Position numbers and translations under genes: made by a program. 26,036 nt of DNA, taken from Planctomycetota bacterium. GTDB taxonomy: Bacteria > Planctomycetota > SZUA-567 > H5-PLA8. Positions 16,131-25,997 of the stretch are shown here, one piece after another (the first letter of the stretch is position 1; every line of letters begins with the position of its first letter). The stretch is from the NCBI GenBank assembly GCA_045863855.1, contig BTVV01000085.1, positions 1 to 26,036 on the forward strand, read 5' to 3'. The notes beneath the pieces are model-generated. The model saw only the letters and a program-made list of their open reading frames with translations, made no database searches and was not told the DNA's origin.

Positions 16131-17933
16131 TTGACGGAGCGGTCGATCACGCCTACGGCTCCTTTGACGGCGATCGGTGCCCTCCCACCGGGCCTGCTCC
16201 GAGAGTCGCGCAAAAACATGCTCGCAGGACTGGGGCTCGCGCTGCTGTCCTTCAGCCTGTACATCCTCCCTGCGCACTGGCGACCGCTCACCGAAACCGC
16301 CGAAACGCGCGTGGCCGTCGTGGCGCGAGGGATGCTCCGTTCCGGCGATTGGCTGGTTCCGCGCTTAAACGGGGAGGTGCGCGCCAAAAAGCCGCCCATG
16401 CCTTACTGGCTGGTCGCCGCTGCCGCGCAAGCCCTGCCATCTGAAAGCGCTTACCGCCCCGTATCGGAACTCTCCGCGGTCTTGCCTTCCGCCGCCTTGG
16501 GCGCGGGCACGGTCTTTCTGGTCGTCCTCTTCGGCGCGCACGTCTTGGGCCGCACCGCCGGCGTCTGGGCCGGATTCGTGCTCGCCTTTTCGCACTTCTT
16601 CTTCCGCTTCGCGCAGACCGGCACCGGCGAAATTCCGCTCGCTTTCTTCACCACCGCCGCCCTGCTCGCCGCCGGCTGGATCGTCTGCTCGAAGCGCCCG
16701 GGACTCCCCGCCGCGCTGGGTCTAGGCCTAGGCCTGGGTTTGGCCATCCTGACCAAGTGGCACGTGCCCCTGCCGGTGGTCCTGCTCCCCACCGTCTTCA
16801 TGGCGCTGGCCGGACGTTCGTTTAACGGCCGCAAGGTGGCCCTTTTTGGACTGGGGCTGCTGATCGCCGGCGGCATCGCCGCGCCTTGGGCGCTGGCCAT
16901 TCACGAACGCCTGCCCGAAGCCACCGGTGTCATGAAAGACGAAATGGGCGACATATGGAATGCCAGCGGGCATGCCCAGAGCGACCGCTGGATCTATTAC
17001 TTGTACATGTGGCTCAGCGGATTGCTTCCGTGGACGCCGTTGCTGCTTGTTGCCGTACCGTTGGGACTACTGCGCCGTCCAGAGGATCAGGAAACGCACG
17101 CGCACGAACGCCTGGAATCGAACCTCGCGAAATTCTTCCTCGCAGCCGTCGTCGGCATGACCTTGGTCCTCTACGCGTTTCCGAAGCAGCAGTACTACTA
17201 CCTCCTGCCGCTCATGCCCCCGCTGGCCTTGGCCGCTGGCTATGCGCTCAGCCGCCTGAACCACCCGGGCGGCATCCGCGAAGAACGCCTCGCCTGGTTC
17301 CTGATGGGCTTGGGCGTGGTGGTCGGCACGCTCGTCGCACTGTCACCCCTGTGGGTAAATTTTCTTCTTTTCCCGCTCACCGTTCCGCTGGGCGTCCTGA
17401 CGGTGGCCCTTTACTGGGTTGCCGCGCGGCAGTGGGTCGAAGGAAACGGGATCGGCGTCGCGCTTTGCGTGGGCTTTGCCACCTACGCCTGCCTGGTGGG
17501 ATTTACGATGTTCTGGACGCTCGATCAGCGCGATCGGCACCCGCTCGCTCGCCACGCCGACGAGTTCGCGCACGTCCTGCATTCGGCCGAAGGACAATCG
17601 ATCCGGCTCTACGCCGTCAAACCGCCCGAACCCACCGAAGTGCTGCTCTACTACCTCGATTGGGACCGCCTGTACACGCTCGACGACCTGATGGCAGAAA
17701 GCGTAGATGAGCAAGGCCGCCCGCGCCCCGAGCCCTCTCCGCACACGCGAATCCTCATCACCAAAGCATGGCTGGCCGAACGCCTGGGCTTTCAAGAGCC
17801 CTACGACGACCCCTATTTCCAGGAGCTGCCTAAGAATCACGCCGATTGGGATTGGGAACCGCTGCGCAAACTGGCCGAACGCGCGCGTGCGCGCATACCC
17901 GAACTTCCACCGGGCAGTACGGAGTCCGAATAG
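16131..17933 (+). CDS. ArnT/PMT-like GT-C glycosyltransferase
   Basis: E.RVAVVARGMLRSGDWLVPRLNGEVRAKKPPMPYW, LPSA, LTK, APW, LLPWT, YLLPLMPPLAL and about 13 hydrophobic segments. Start inferred at TTG 16131 after GGGAGAG. Confidence 0.88.
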   Translation: MTERSITPTAPLTAIGALPPGLLRESRKNMLAGLGLALLSFSLYILPAHWRPLTETAETRVAVVARGMLRSGDWLVPRLNGEVRAKKPPMPYWLVAAAAQALPSESAYRPVSELSAVLPSAALGAGTVFLVVLFGAHVLGRTAGVWAGFVLAFSHFFFRFAQTGTGEIPLAFFTTAALLAAGWIVCSKRPGLPAALGLGLGLGLAILTKWHVPLPVVLLPTVFMALAGRSFNGRKVALFGLGLLIAGGIAAPWALAIHERLPEATGVMKDEMGDIWNASGHAQSDRWIYYLYMWLSGLLPWTPLLLVAVPLGLLRRPEDQETHAHERLESNLAKFFLAAVVGMTLVLYAFPKQQYYYLLPLMPPLALAAGYALSRLNHPGGIREERLAWFLMGLGVVVGTLVALSPLWVNFLLFPLTVPLGVLTVALYWVAARQWVEGNGIGVALCVGFATYACLVGFTMFWTLDQRDRHPLARHADEFAHVLHSAEGQSIRLYAVKPPEPTEVLLYYLDWDRLYTLDDLMAESVDEQGRPRPEPSPHTRILITKAWLAERLGFQEPYDDPYFQELPKNHADWDWEPLRKLAERARARIPELPPGSTESE

Positions 17934-20900
17934 TTATTCCGTGGCCGCGCTGGGCGCCGCGACTTCCACCGCCAGAACCGTCTCGCTTCCCGTCGTCGCG
18001 TCGCGAATTGAAATGCTCCACGTACCCGCCGGATCGTTCAGCGCCAGCGGCACGCGAATCTCGGCCTTCCCGTCCGCGCTCAACGCCTCACCCGAATAGT
18101 ACGGCCGCTCCAGCTTGTCCGGACCCTTCACGCGCCAGCCGTACACCCGCGGGCCGCCCGACGCCCCCGGACCAGGCACCACCCGAACCGAGAGCACCTG
18201 CCCCAGCAGGCAGCGCTCCGGCGTCGTCCCGGCCGGGGCCGGCGAAGGGCCTTCGCGCAGCACGAAAAGCGCCGGCGTCACCGGATCGAGCGTGCCTTCC
18301 AGCACATCCGACTCCACCGTGGGCCGCTCGGACAAAGGGTTGCTGACCCACAGCTTCTTGCGCAGCCGCAGCTTGAAGCGCCCCAGACGGTCCAGGCTTG
18401 CGTTGGTATCACCTTCTTGCCCCAGTTCGTGCAAGCGTTCCTGAACGTTCCGCCGCAGCGCCAGAATACGCAGGCCCGTGGCGCCTTCGCCCAGTTGCAG
18501 CCGGACCAGTTCCGCTCCCGCCGGAAGCTCGCTCCGCTCCAGATCTTCGGGCAGCCCGAGGCACAGTTCCTGGAAAACGAGCTGCTTCAGCAGCGTGCGC
18601 GTCGCCTGGGCGCGCGGCCGGTCGGGATGCAGCCGCCAGCGCAGGTAATCTTCCAGCGCGAGATTCAGGTACACCGCCGCGCCCGTCCCGTGCGTGCGGC
18701 GATGCAGCACCGGACTGGAGCGGTACTCGAAGCGCAGCCCCGCCGCGGGCGCGGAGGCCTTCGGCCGGTCCGAATACGCAGGTGGCAGCGCCGCCACGAA
18801 CTCGCGCGTCCAGCCCTCAGGCGCCGGACCGCCTTCGGCGGAGATCGCATCCAGCGGTCGCGCGGGGTCGGGCGCCAGCGGCTCGCTGTTCGTATCGAGC
18901 CCGAACAGATCGTCCAGCGCCGGGCGTTCGCGGCGTTTGCCGTGCCCGTCGAAAAGCCCGCAACTCGCGTCGGCCACCAACAGCCCGCCGCCTTGGACGA
19001 ACTTTCGCAGTGCATCCGTCTCGCCCTCGCCCAGCGCCGCAACGCGCGGGAGCACCGCCGCCTTGAAGCCAGAGCCTTCCTTGGACAACACGCCTTCGGC
19101 CAGCTCCTGGGTGCTCACGAAGCGCCACGGCAAGCCCAGATCGGAAAGCAGCTTCATCCAGGAAAGCCGCAGGCGCAGCGTCGGCGATTCGCGCCGCTCC
19201 AGGCTCGTCCGCGAGCCCCAGGCTTGCAACCAACTGTCGCCGTGCAGCCGATCGGCTTCGAGCACCCAATGTACGCGTACGCTTTGCGGCGAATACACCA
19301 GCGCCACGCTCGCCGGAGCCCGCCTCGCCTGCCCCAAGAGCAGTCCCAAGGGTCCCGAAAGTTCGCGCAGCGCCGGCGCCAGAATCTCCGAAGGCACGCT
19401 GGCCGCGCCATCGGCTTCGAGCAGCACGCGCCTAGGTGCTCCCCCGGAATCCGCCGCCTCGTCCCACAACAGCACGCCGCGCGGGCCGCCTTCCAGCGCC
19501 AGCGTCCAAAGCGTGCGCCGCGCCCGCGTGAGCGTCTCCAAATCCGAGCCCAGCGGAAGCATCGCCAGCGCCGGTTTGCCCGGCGCCAGATCGCGCCAGA
19601 GTTCCCGCGCGCCGCCGATCTCGTACGCTTCCACCACGTCCAGCGCGCCAGCCAGCTTGGCCCAGTCCCAGCCCCCGAACGCGAACGGGCCCTGCGCTCC
19701 GGTGATGCCTACCCGCGCTTGGTCGTCGGTCTGCCGGATCAGCGTGCCGCCCTCCTTCAGCGTCTTTGCGAAGACTTGATCCATGAACTCGCGATGATCC
19801 ACCCACGGCGCCAGGTTCTGGATCCCGTGCTGCAGCCGCAGCCGCGCCTCCGGCGTCAGCATCGGAACCACTGCGTCCCAGCGCTCGAACTCCGTCCCCC
19901 ATTCCTCGTTCAGCGCCTTCAGCGTTCCGTACACCTCGCGCTCCAGCCAGCGCCGGAATTCCCGCAGCGCCTCCGGATGCCAGTCGAAATCGAATGCCGC
20001 GCCCAGCCGCGTCACCGACGGCTCGCTGGCCAGCGAATAAAAGAGCGGCGCATCGGCGCGGTAAATTTCGGCGTGCCGTTTCAGCGTCTCGGCGTAGGCG
20101 CGCGTGGCTTCCAGCGCACATAGCGACGGCTCCCGCGCCAGCGCCTCGGTCTTGAAGGGGTCCGTCAATACCGGCTCCACCGCGCGGTCCCACGCTTCGG
20201 GCTCGGCGTGGTAGCGGGCGAGGAACTCCCGCGCCACGTTCTCGACGTAAAACGGTACCCCCGCCATGCGCAGCGCCGCCATCCGCTCCCCGTGCAGCCG
20301 GTACGCCATCCCGCCCTGCACGCCCAGCTCGCGCAGCGCCGCCCAATGCCCCTGCGGATACGGCGCGTGCAGCAGCGTGCGCCAGCCGTCCCAGCGCCGC
20401 GGCCTGCGCAGCCGCACCGCCGCCGAACGCTCCACCCGCCGGTCGTCCGCGCCCACCAGCGCCAGCGTCAGGATATGCTCGCGGCCCAGCAGTTCGTCGC
20501 TTGGCAGTTCGAAAATCCGCGCGCCGTCTTCCGACTTGAACAACTCCACCAGCTTCAGCGTGCCCACGGCCACATGCCGGCCATGCTCGTCACGCAGCAC
20601 GTAACGGCCCATGCCGGTTTTCAGAAACGCATCGGGACCGCGCAGCAGAAAGCGCAGTGGCGCGCCCAGCTCCGCCTCGGCCGGCTCGGTGGTCAAACGT
20701 ACGGCCTGCAAGTCTGCCGCCGGCGCTTCCGGACCTTTAGGCGCGTGCGGATCCATCCGCACCGTCGGTGCGCGTTCGCCTTCGCCTTCGGGCAATTCGA
20801 CGGTCTCCCCGGCCGGATCGCTCGGCGGAGCGGGCGGTTCCGGGGGTGCCGGAGCGGGTTCGACGGGAGGCTTGGGTTCTTCCTGAGCCGGCGGCGCGGC

Positions 20901-21074
20901 GGGTGGAGCAGGCTCGCGCGAAGGCTCGGGTTGCATCGGAACCATTGGCGCCAGCGGCGCGACGGGCGGATCGCCCTCCGCTTCGGCCTCGCCCGCACGG
21001 GACGCGCAAGGCCAGACCAGCCCCAGCGCGAGCGCCCAGGCCGCCGCCTTGCCGCAACGCCCCAGCGCGATCAA
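17934..21074 (-). CDS. Secreted GH42/beta-galactosidase-like protein with trimerisation domain and C-terminal Ig-like domain
   Basis: Signal peptide, Pro-rich linker, YSLASEP, FRRWL...YGTLKALNEEWGTEF..WD.VVP, VALVYS...LGLPWRFVS...VLP...LRKFVQGGGLLVAD, C-terminal PLALNDPAGTWSISIRD. TTG start overlaps the kinase stop, SD GGAGGG. Substrate unknown. Confidence 0.78.
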   Translation of the reverse strand: MIALGRCGKAAAWALALGLVWPCASRAGEAEAEGDPPVAPLAPMVPMQPEPSREPAPPAAPPAQEEPKPPVEPAPAPPEPPAPPSDPAGETVELPEGEGERAPTVRMDPHAPKGPEAPAADLQAVRLTTEPAEAELGAPLRFLLRGPDAFLKTGMGRYVLRDEHGRHVAVGTLKLVELFKSEDGARIFELPSDELLGREHILTLALVGADDRRVERSAAVRLRRPRRWDGWRTLLHAPYPQGHWAALRELGVQGGMAYRLHGERMAALRMAGVPFYVENVAREFLARYHAEPEAWDRAVEPVLTDPFKTEALAREPSLCALEATRAYAETLKRHAEIYRADAPLFYSLASEPSVTRLGAAFDFDWHPEALREFRRWLEREVYGTLKALNEEWGTEFERWDAVVPMLTPEARLRLQHGIQNLAPWVDHREFMDQVFAKTLKEGGTLIRQTDDQARVGITGAQGPFAFGGWDWAKLAGALDVVEAYEIGGARELWRDLAPGKPALAMLPLGSDLETLTRARRTLWTLALEGGPRGVLLWDEAADSGGAPRRVLLEADGAASVPSEILAPALRELSGPLGLLLGQARRAPASVALVYSPQSVRVHWVLEADRLHGDSWLQAWGSRTSLERRESPTLRLRLSWMKLLSDLGLPWRFVSTQELAEGVLSKEGSGFKAAVLPRVAALGEGETDALRKFVQGGGLLVADASCGLFDGHGKRRERPALDDLFGLDTNSEPLAPDPARPLDAISAEGGPAPEGWTREFVAALPPAYSDRPKASAPAAGLRFEYRSSPVLHRRTHGTGAAVYLNLALEDYLRWRLHPDRPRAQATRTLLKQLVFQELCLGLPEDLERSELPAGAELVRLQLGEGATGLRILALRRNVQERLHELGQEGDTNASLDRLGRFKLRLRKKLWVSNPLSERPTVESDVLEGTLDPVTPALFVLREGPSPAPAGTTPERCLLGQVLSVRVVPGPGASGGPRVYGWRVKGPDKLERPYYSGEALSADGKAEIRVPLALNDPAGTWSISIRDATTGSETVLAVEVAAPSAATE

Positions 21075-22780
21075 GGACCGCCCTCCGCCGCTCGGCCTTC
21101 GGGCGTTAGAAACTCCAGCGCGCGCGAGCCCATCAGCCGCTGAAACTCCGCCTGCGTAAACTCCGCTTCCTGCCAGGTGCCGTCCGCGCCTTTGCGCTCG
21201 ACCACGTAGCGCCAGCCCGCGGGATCTTGCGGCTGAGCCGGATCCTGCCGGAAACTCTTGAAGCGCAATTCTTCTTCGGGCCTGCCATCCGCCGCGGGTA
21301 CACGGACGGTGCGGTACGCCGGAGGGGCGGGTGGCTTGGACGGTTCCGGCGTCGCCGGCTGCACCGGCGGCGTTTCGCCCTGAACTTTGCGTTCCGAATT
21401 ACGGCGCGGGCCTCGTAGCGCCATGCCCAACAGAATCAGCAAAAGCAGCCCGCCTATTCCCAGCGCCACCTTGGTCCACAAGCCAAACGGCGCCCCGGCC
21501 GCGGGCTGCTCCGGCTTCGCGGCAGGCGCGCGCTGCGTAAGCGGCGCCAGCACCGTGGGCTTCAGGTCGCCTTCCGTCACCCGCGGAGCGGGACGAGGCG
21601 CAAGCGGGGGAGCCGTTCCCAGTACCGTGGCTTCCGTCCCAGCTTGCCCCTGGCTCCCCGGTCTCTCGTGCGGCGCCGGATGACCCGGCCGCGCTACGGT
21701 GGAACGCTCGTCGTGGCCGCCCGAAAGATGCAGGAGTTCCTGAGTGACGCAGACCTTCACCAGGTCCGCGGCCAGCGCCGCGCAGGTCGGATAACGGTCC
21801 TCCGGCGACTTCGCCAGGCACTTCTGCACGATCCGGCTCAAGCGCGGATGAATCCCCGGCAGGCGTGCTTCCAGAAGCGGCGCGGGCTCGTCGAGATGCT
21901 GCCGGATGATCGCCAGCGCCGAGCGCCCGCGGAACGGCACGTCTCCGCTCAACGCCTCGTACAGCACCACTCCGAAGCTGTAGATATCCGCCGGCGGCCC
22001 GCACGTCAGCCCCTCCGCCTGCTCCGGCGACATGTACTCCGGCGTCCCCAGCACCATCCCCACGCTGGTCAGCCCCGTGTGCTGCTCGTCCTTCGCCAGC
22101 CCGAAATCCATCAACACCGCGCGGCTGCCGCAGATCATGATGTTCCCGCTCTTGATGTCGCGGTGCGTGATCCCCTGCTTGTGCACGTAATCGAGCGCCG
22201 AAAGCAGTTGCCCCGCCATAGGCAGGAACTCCTCCATCGGCAGCCTGCTGCGGGCACGCAGCAGGTGCGATAGCGTCGAACCTTCCAGCAGTTCCATGGC
22301 GAAGTAATGCAGATCGTCGACGTTTCCGACGTTGTACACATGCAGGAGATTGGGGTGGCTCAGCCGCGCCAAGCTTTGCGCTTCGCGCTGGAATCGCTCG
22401 GCCGTGCGTTGGTCTTCCAAGGGCCCGCAGTACAGCACCTTCACCGCGCAAGTCCGGTGGAGCGCCTTGTCGTCGGCCTTGTAGACCGCGCCCATCCCGC
22501 CTTGGCCCAGGCGAGCCGTAAGCCGGTACTGGCCCAGTTCCCGCCCGATCAGCCGCTCGGTCTGCACCGCCGGAGGCGCCAAGCCGTCGGCGCGCATCGC
22601 CTGCAAAGCTTCCTGCGGCGTCAGCGCTTCCAGCGCCTCGTCCTGCGGCCGCAGGCCGTCGGTGCTCGAAGACGGTTCGGGGGGTGTATCGGCGTTCTTG
22701 GACAACGAAGCGATTCCCGCCGTTGCGCGACGAGACGCCTGCCCCCGGAGTGCTGCGCCGGGCGGAGCCGCCTCGATCAA
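21071..22780 (-). CDS. Hanks-type membrane Ser/Thr protein kinase
   Basis: [49 protein letters not shown], one TM helix and a short external domain. Start uncertain (TTG 22780 or ATG 22597). Confidence 0.93.
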   Translation of the reverse strand: MIEAAPPGAALRGQASRRATAGIASLSKNADTPPEPSSSTDGLRPQDEALEALTPQEALQAMRADGLAPPAVQTERLIGRELGQYRLTARLGQGGMGAVYKADDKALHRTCAVKVLYCGPLEDQRTAERFQREAQSLARLSHPNLLHVYNVGNVDDLHYFAMELLEGSTLSHLLRARSRLPMEEFLPMAGQLLSALDYVHKQGITHRDIKSGNIMICGSRAVLMDFGLAKDEQHTGLTSVGMVLGTPEYMSPEQAEGLTCGPPADIYSFGVVLYEALSGDVPFRGRSALAIIRQHLDEPAPLLEARLPGIHPRLSRIVQKCLAKSPEDRYPTCAALAADLVKVCVTQELLHLSGGHDERSTVARPGHPAPHERPGSQGQAGTEATVLGTAPPLAPRPAPRVTEGDLKPTVLAPLTQRAPAAKPEQPAAGAPFGLWTKVALGIGGLLLLILLGMALRGPRRNSERKVQGETPPVQPATPEPSKPPAPPAYRTVRVPAADGRPEEELRFKSFRQDPAQPQDPAGWRYVVERKGADGTWQEAEFTQAEFQRLMGSRALEFLTPEGRAAEGGP

Positions 22781-24831
22781 TTGGACGACAGGATACCGTA
22801 TGCCCTTAGCTTGGCATAGAGGGTGCTGCGGTCGATCCCCAGCACTTCCGCCGTGGCCTTCTTATTGCCGTGGTTCGTTTCCAGCACCCGCAGGATATGA
22901 ATCTTCTCCACATCCGCAAGCGTGGCATTGGCCGGCGGCAGCTTGGTTTGAGCCCCCGAGGGCGCCGGAAGCGCCACCGCCGGCTCGTCGGGCGCGGGGC
23001 GCGCCAACCGCCCAAACTCGGCCGGCATGTCGCGCACGCCGATCGTCTCGTGCGGGCACAGCACCGCCAGGCGTTCGGTGAGGTTGCGCAGCTCGCGCAC
23101 GTTCCCCGGCCAAGCGTAGAGCCCCAGCAATTCCAGCGCTTCGTCGCTGAAGCGCAGCCGCGGACGGCCGCTGCGCGCCGCCGACTCCTGCAGGTAATGA
23201 TCCGCCAGCAGCCGGATGTCGCCCTCGCGTTCGCGCAGCGGAGGCAGGTTCACCGTCAGCACGTTCAGGCGGTAGAACAGGTCCTCGCGGAAGCGCCCGG
23301 CCTTGGCTTCGGCCGCCAGATCGCGGTTCGTCGCCGCCACCAGCCGCACGTCCACCTTGCGCACCCGCGCCTCGCCCACCCGGCTGACTTCCCCATTTTC
23401 CAGTACGCGCAGCAGTTTCGTCTGGCAGGCCGCCGAGAGTTCCCCGATCTCGTCGAGGAATATCGTCCCTTCGTGGGCCAGTTCGAAGCGCCCCTTCCGG
23501 TCCGCCGTCGCGCCGGTGAACGCCCCCTTCGCGTGACCGAAAAGCTCCGACTCGATCAGCGATTCCGAAAGCGCCGCGCAGTTGACCACCACCAGCGGAC
23601 CTTCGCGCCGCGGCGAGTGGTAGTGAATTGCCCGGGCCACCAGTTCCTTGCCTGTCCCGCTCTCGCCCAGCACCAACACCACCGAGTCCGTCGGCGCCGC
23701 ACGCTCGATGAAGCTGTACACCTGCTTCATGTGCTCGCATTCGCCCAGCAGGTTGTACTGGCCCTTCAATTCCTCGAGCAGCCGTTCCTTCCGCGCCAGC
23801 GCCTCCTCGAGGCGCCGCAGACCCGAAAGCGCGGGCGCGGCCTGCAAGCACGCGGCCGTCAGCAGTTCCTGGTCCTCGCGCGCAAAATCCTGTCCGCCCA
23901 GCCGGTCGGCGTAGATCAGCCCGTGCACCGAATCGCCCGTCAGGATCGGCACGCAAATCGCGCTCGAAATGCCCTGCTCGCCGATCGACTTCGCGCCCAC
24001 GAAACGCGAATCGCTCCGCGGCGACGTCAGTACCGAGCGCCGCGTACGCAACGCGTAATCCACGATGGTCCGCGAAACCGGCACCTTGCTGAAAACCGCC
24101 GGCCGTTTGCCTTCCGCCGCCTTCGACGGGTCCAGTTCGGCCACCTGCCAGCGCCCAGCCTCGTCGATCAGGATCGGCGTCACGCGGTCGGCTTCCAGCG
24201 CCTGCTGCAACCGCGCGGCCAGCACGCCCATAAGCTGCTTAGTGCTCGTCGATTCCGCGCACGCCCGCGCGATGGAAAAGAGCGCCCGCAGCGAAATATT
24301 CGCCCGCTCCAGCGCCTGTGGTGTCTCTCGAATGATCGGAACCGTCGGTACTTGCGTCGGATCCAGCGGCGCCGCGCCTTCCAGCCTCAACAGCGGCAGC
24401 GGCGCGTCCAGGTCCAGCGTCTCGAAACTCTCGCCCCCGTGCTCCCCCGCCCCACGACCGATCGTCGGCACCGCGCCCTGCGGCACTCGGGAGGCCAGAA
24501 TGCTGTCCTGCGCTCGGCCGCGCATGTGGCTCTTCGGAGCTTCCTGCAGCGAGTACGAAAGCCGCGTCTCGCCGATCATGATCTCGTCGCGGTCTTTAAG
24601 CTCCATCGTCGTGACCGTCTCGCCGTTCAGCAGCGTGCCGTTCTTGCTGCGCATGTCCTTCAACAGCGCAACATCCTCTTTCACCTCGATCTCGACATGC
24701 ACCCGCGAAGCCTTCGCGTCGTCGATGCACAGATCCAGCGTCGGATCGCGGCCAATGCGATAAGTGTGCCCCGGCACCAAGCCGACGATGCGGCCGTGGT
24801 TGGGTCCGTTCAGAATCGTCAGATGAGCCAC
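22777..24831 (-). CDS. Sigma54-dependent enhancer-binding protein, FHA-GAF-AAA+-Fis HTH
   Basis: FHA (IGRD...SRVH...SKNGT), GAF (SAICVPI...GLIYAD), [73 protein letters not shown]. Confidence 0.95.
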   Translation of the reverse strand: MAHLTILNGPNHGRIVGLVPGHTYRIGRDPTLDLCIDDAKASRVHVEIEVKEDVALLKDMRSKNGTLLNGETVTTMELKDRDEIMIGETRLSYSLQEAPKSHMRGRAQDSILASRVPQGAVPTIGRGAGEHGGESFETLDLDAPLPLLRLEGAAPLDPTQVPTVPIIRETPQALERANISLRALFSIARACAESTSTKQLMGVLAARLQQALEADRVTPILIDEAGRWQVAELDPSKAAEGKRPAVFSKVPVSRTIVDYALRTRRSVLTSPRSDSRFVGAKSIGEQGISSAICVPILTGDSVHGLIYADRLGGQDFAREDQELLTAACLQAAPALSGLRRLEEALARKERLLEELKGQYNLLGECEHMKQVYSFIERAAPTDSVVLVLGESGTGKELVARAIHYHSPRREGPLVVVNCAALSESLIESELFGHAKGAFTGATADRKGRFELAHEGTIFLDEIGELSAACQTKLLRVLENGEVSRVGEARVRKVDVRLVAATNRDLAAEAKAGRFREDLFYRLNVLTVNLPPLREREGDIRLLADHYLQESAARSGRPRLRFSDEALELLGLYAWPGNVRELRNLTERLAVLCPHETIGVRDMPAEFGRLARPAPDEPAVALPAPSGAQTKLPPANATLADVEKIHILRVLETNHGNKKATAEVLGIDRSTLYAKLRAYGILSSN

Positions 24832-24891
24832 GCGCTATACGGTCCCCGAAAGGCCCCGGGCGCCCGCCTACCGCGAGCCCCGCTATGCGTC

Positions 24892-24919
24892 AGTTTCAGC
24901 TTTTGAGGTGCGCTGTCAA
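24892..24919 (-). promoter_or_regulatory. Candidate sigma70 promoter for the bEBP-kinase operon
   Basis: Perfect TTGACA (24919-24914)-N16-GAAACT, just downstream of the exbD terminator. The -10 match is weak. Confidence 0.4.
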
Positions 24920-24940
24920 GGCGGGATGAGCGTATCCCCG

Positions 24941-24974
24941 AAATCAAGCGGCCCTCCCGCATGGGGAGGGCCGC
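24941..24974 (-). terminator. Rho-independent terminator of the exbD operon
   Basis: Perfect 11-bp stem GCGGCCCTCCC/GGGAGGGCCGC (24948-24974) with a 5-nt loop, followed on the minus strand by TTGATTT. Confidence 0.8.
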
Positions 24975-24998
24975 CTTTGCCATACACTGCCGATTGGC

Positions 24999-25499
24999 TT
25001 ACTGCGTCTGGGCGGGCGCCTGGAACTTGATGTTCTGGATCCCGGCCAGCTTGCAGACGTCGATCAGCTTCACGATGTTGTAGAAGGGCACCAACTGGTC
25101 CTTGTCGTTATCCTCGTTGTAGAGGGCGATCAGGACCGCCTGTTCCGGATTGGCCGACAGCGACTGTAAGCGGCCCAGCAGTTCTAGCGGCTCACGGACC
25201 GGAGAAGCGTCCCGGCTGGCCAGGTAGTACGTCGCCGCGCGCATCGCGCGGGTCTGGAAGTCCGACGAACCGCGCATCGTGTGGTCGTCCTTCACGAAGA
25301 TGCTCAGTTCTTCGGGCTTCTTCAGCTGCGTGGGCGTCGCCATCTGCCCTTCGTCTTCGGGCAGAAAGCAGTCCAGCCGCTGCTCCACCTGCTTGAACTT
25401 CGTCGCGCACATGAAGAAGATCAGCAGAAGGAACACCACGTCGATCATCGGCGTCATGTCCATCTTCACTTCGCCGTTATCCAGCTTCGTCTTAGCCAT
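24999..25499 (-). CDS. exbD: Biopolymer transporter ExbD/TolR family protein
   Basis: MDMTPMIDVVFLLLIFFM TM segment with the conserved Asp, C-terminal IDVCKLAGIQNIKF. SD AGGAG. Confidence 0.9.
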   Translation of the reverse strand: MAKTKLDNGEVKMDMTPMIDVVFLLLIFFMCATKFKQVEQRLDCFLPEDEGQMATPTQLKKPEELSIFVKDDHTMRGSSDFQTRAMRAATYYLASRDASPVREPLELLGRLQSLSANPEQAVLIALYNEDNDKDQLVPFYNIVKLIDVCKLAGIQNIKFQAPAQTQ

Positions 25500-25532
25500 C
25501 GACTCAACTCCTTAGCGTGGGGCCGCCCGGAC

Positions 25533-25997
25533 TTACTGATTCTTGGGTTCGGCGCCGATCGAGATCTTGCTGATGCCTGCCTTCATGCAGGCCACCATCA
25601 CGCGCTGAACCTTCTGATATTCGCAGCGCTGGTCGGCGCGGATCTTCACCGACATGTTCGACGCCTTCGCGCCTTCGGGCTTGTCCTGATCCGCCTTCAT
25701 CTTCAAGTACGTGATCAACTGCTCCTGATCCCCGTAGCTCTTCTTCTTGATGATGATGTCCGAGTACACCTTGTTCGTCTGGAAATCCGGCGCGTACGTG
25801 ATGTTCACGACCACCCGCTTCGTATCCGCCTTCACGTCCTCGATTGCCTTAGTCGCCTTCGGCAGCGTCACCTGTTCGAACTCGTTCTTCGAAATCTCGG
25901 AGACGAGCATGAAGAAGACGATCAGCAGGAAGACGCAGTCGATCATAGGCGTCATGTCCATCGACACTTCGTCGCCCGTATGTTTGCTCTTTGGCAT
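25533..25997 (-). CDS. exbD: Biopolymer transporter ExbD/TolR family protein
   Basis: MDMTPMIDCVFLLIVFFM, LPKA, IRADQR..Y..V.RVM.AC.KAGI. SD AAGGAG. Confidence 0.93.
   Translation of the reverse strand: MPKSKHTGDEVSMDMTPMIDCVFLLIVFFMLVSEISKNEFEQVTLPKATKAIEDVKADTKRVVVNITYAPDFQTNKVYSDIIIKKKSYGDQEQLITYLKMKADQDKPEGAKASNMSVKIRADQRCEYQKVQRVMVACMKAGISKISIGAEPKNQ

Noticed and set aside
16321..16336. Sigma54-like TGGCGC-N5-ATGCT (GG-N10-GC) site
   Set aside because: It lies inside the conserved VARGML coding motif of the GT-C gene with no gene start downstream. No convincing intergenic -24/-12 promoter was seen in the window.
22870..24906. Long antisense or alternative-frame ORFs (e.g. 22870-24906 +, 18417-20123 +, 10996-12426 +, 12582-13994 +, 9763-10938 -, 8221-9315 -)
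   Set aside because: Shadow ORFs expected in high-GC DNA. They overlap motif-supported genes and have Arg/Ala/Pro-rich, motif-free translations.
10926..24962. Shared GCGGCCC(TC)CCGCAT in the hairpins at about 10926 and 24948 as a REP-like family
   Set aside because: Only two short, imperfect GC-rich copies with different stem arrangements, which is insufficient evidence.
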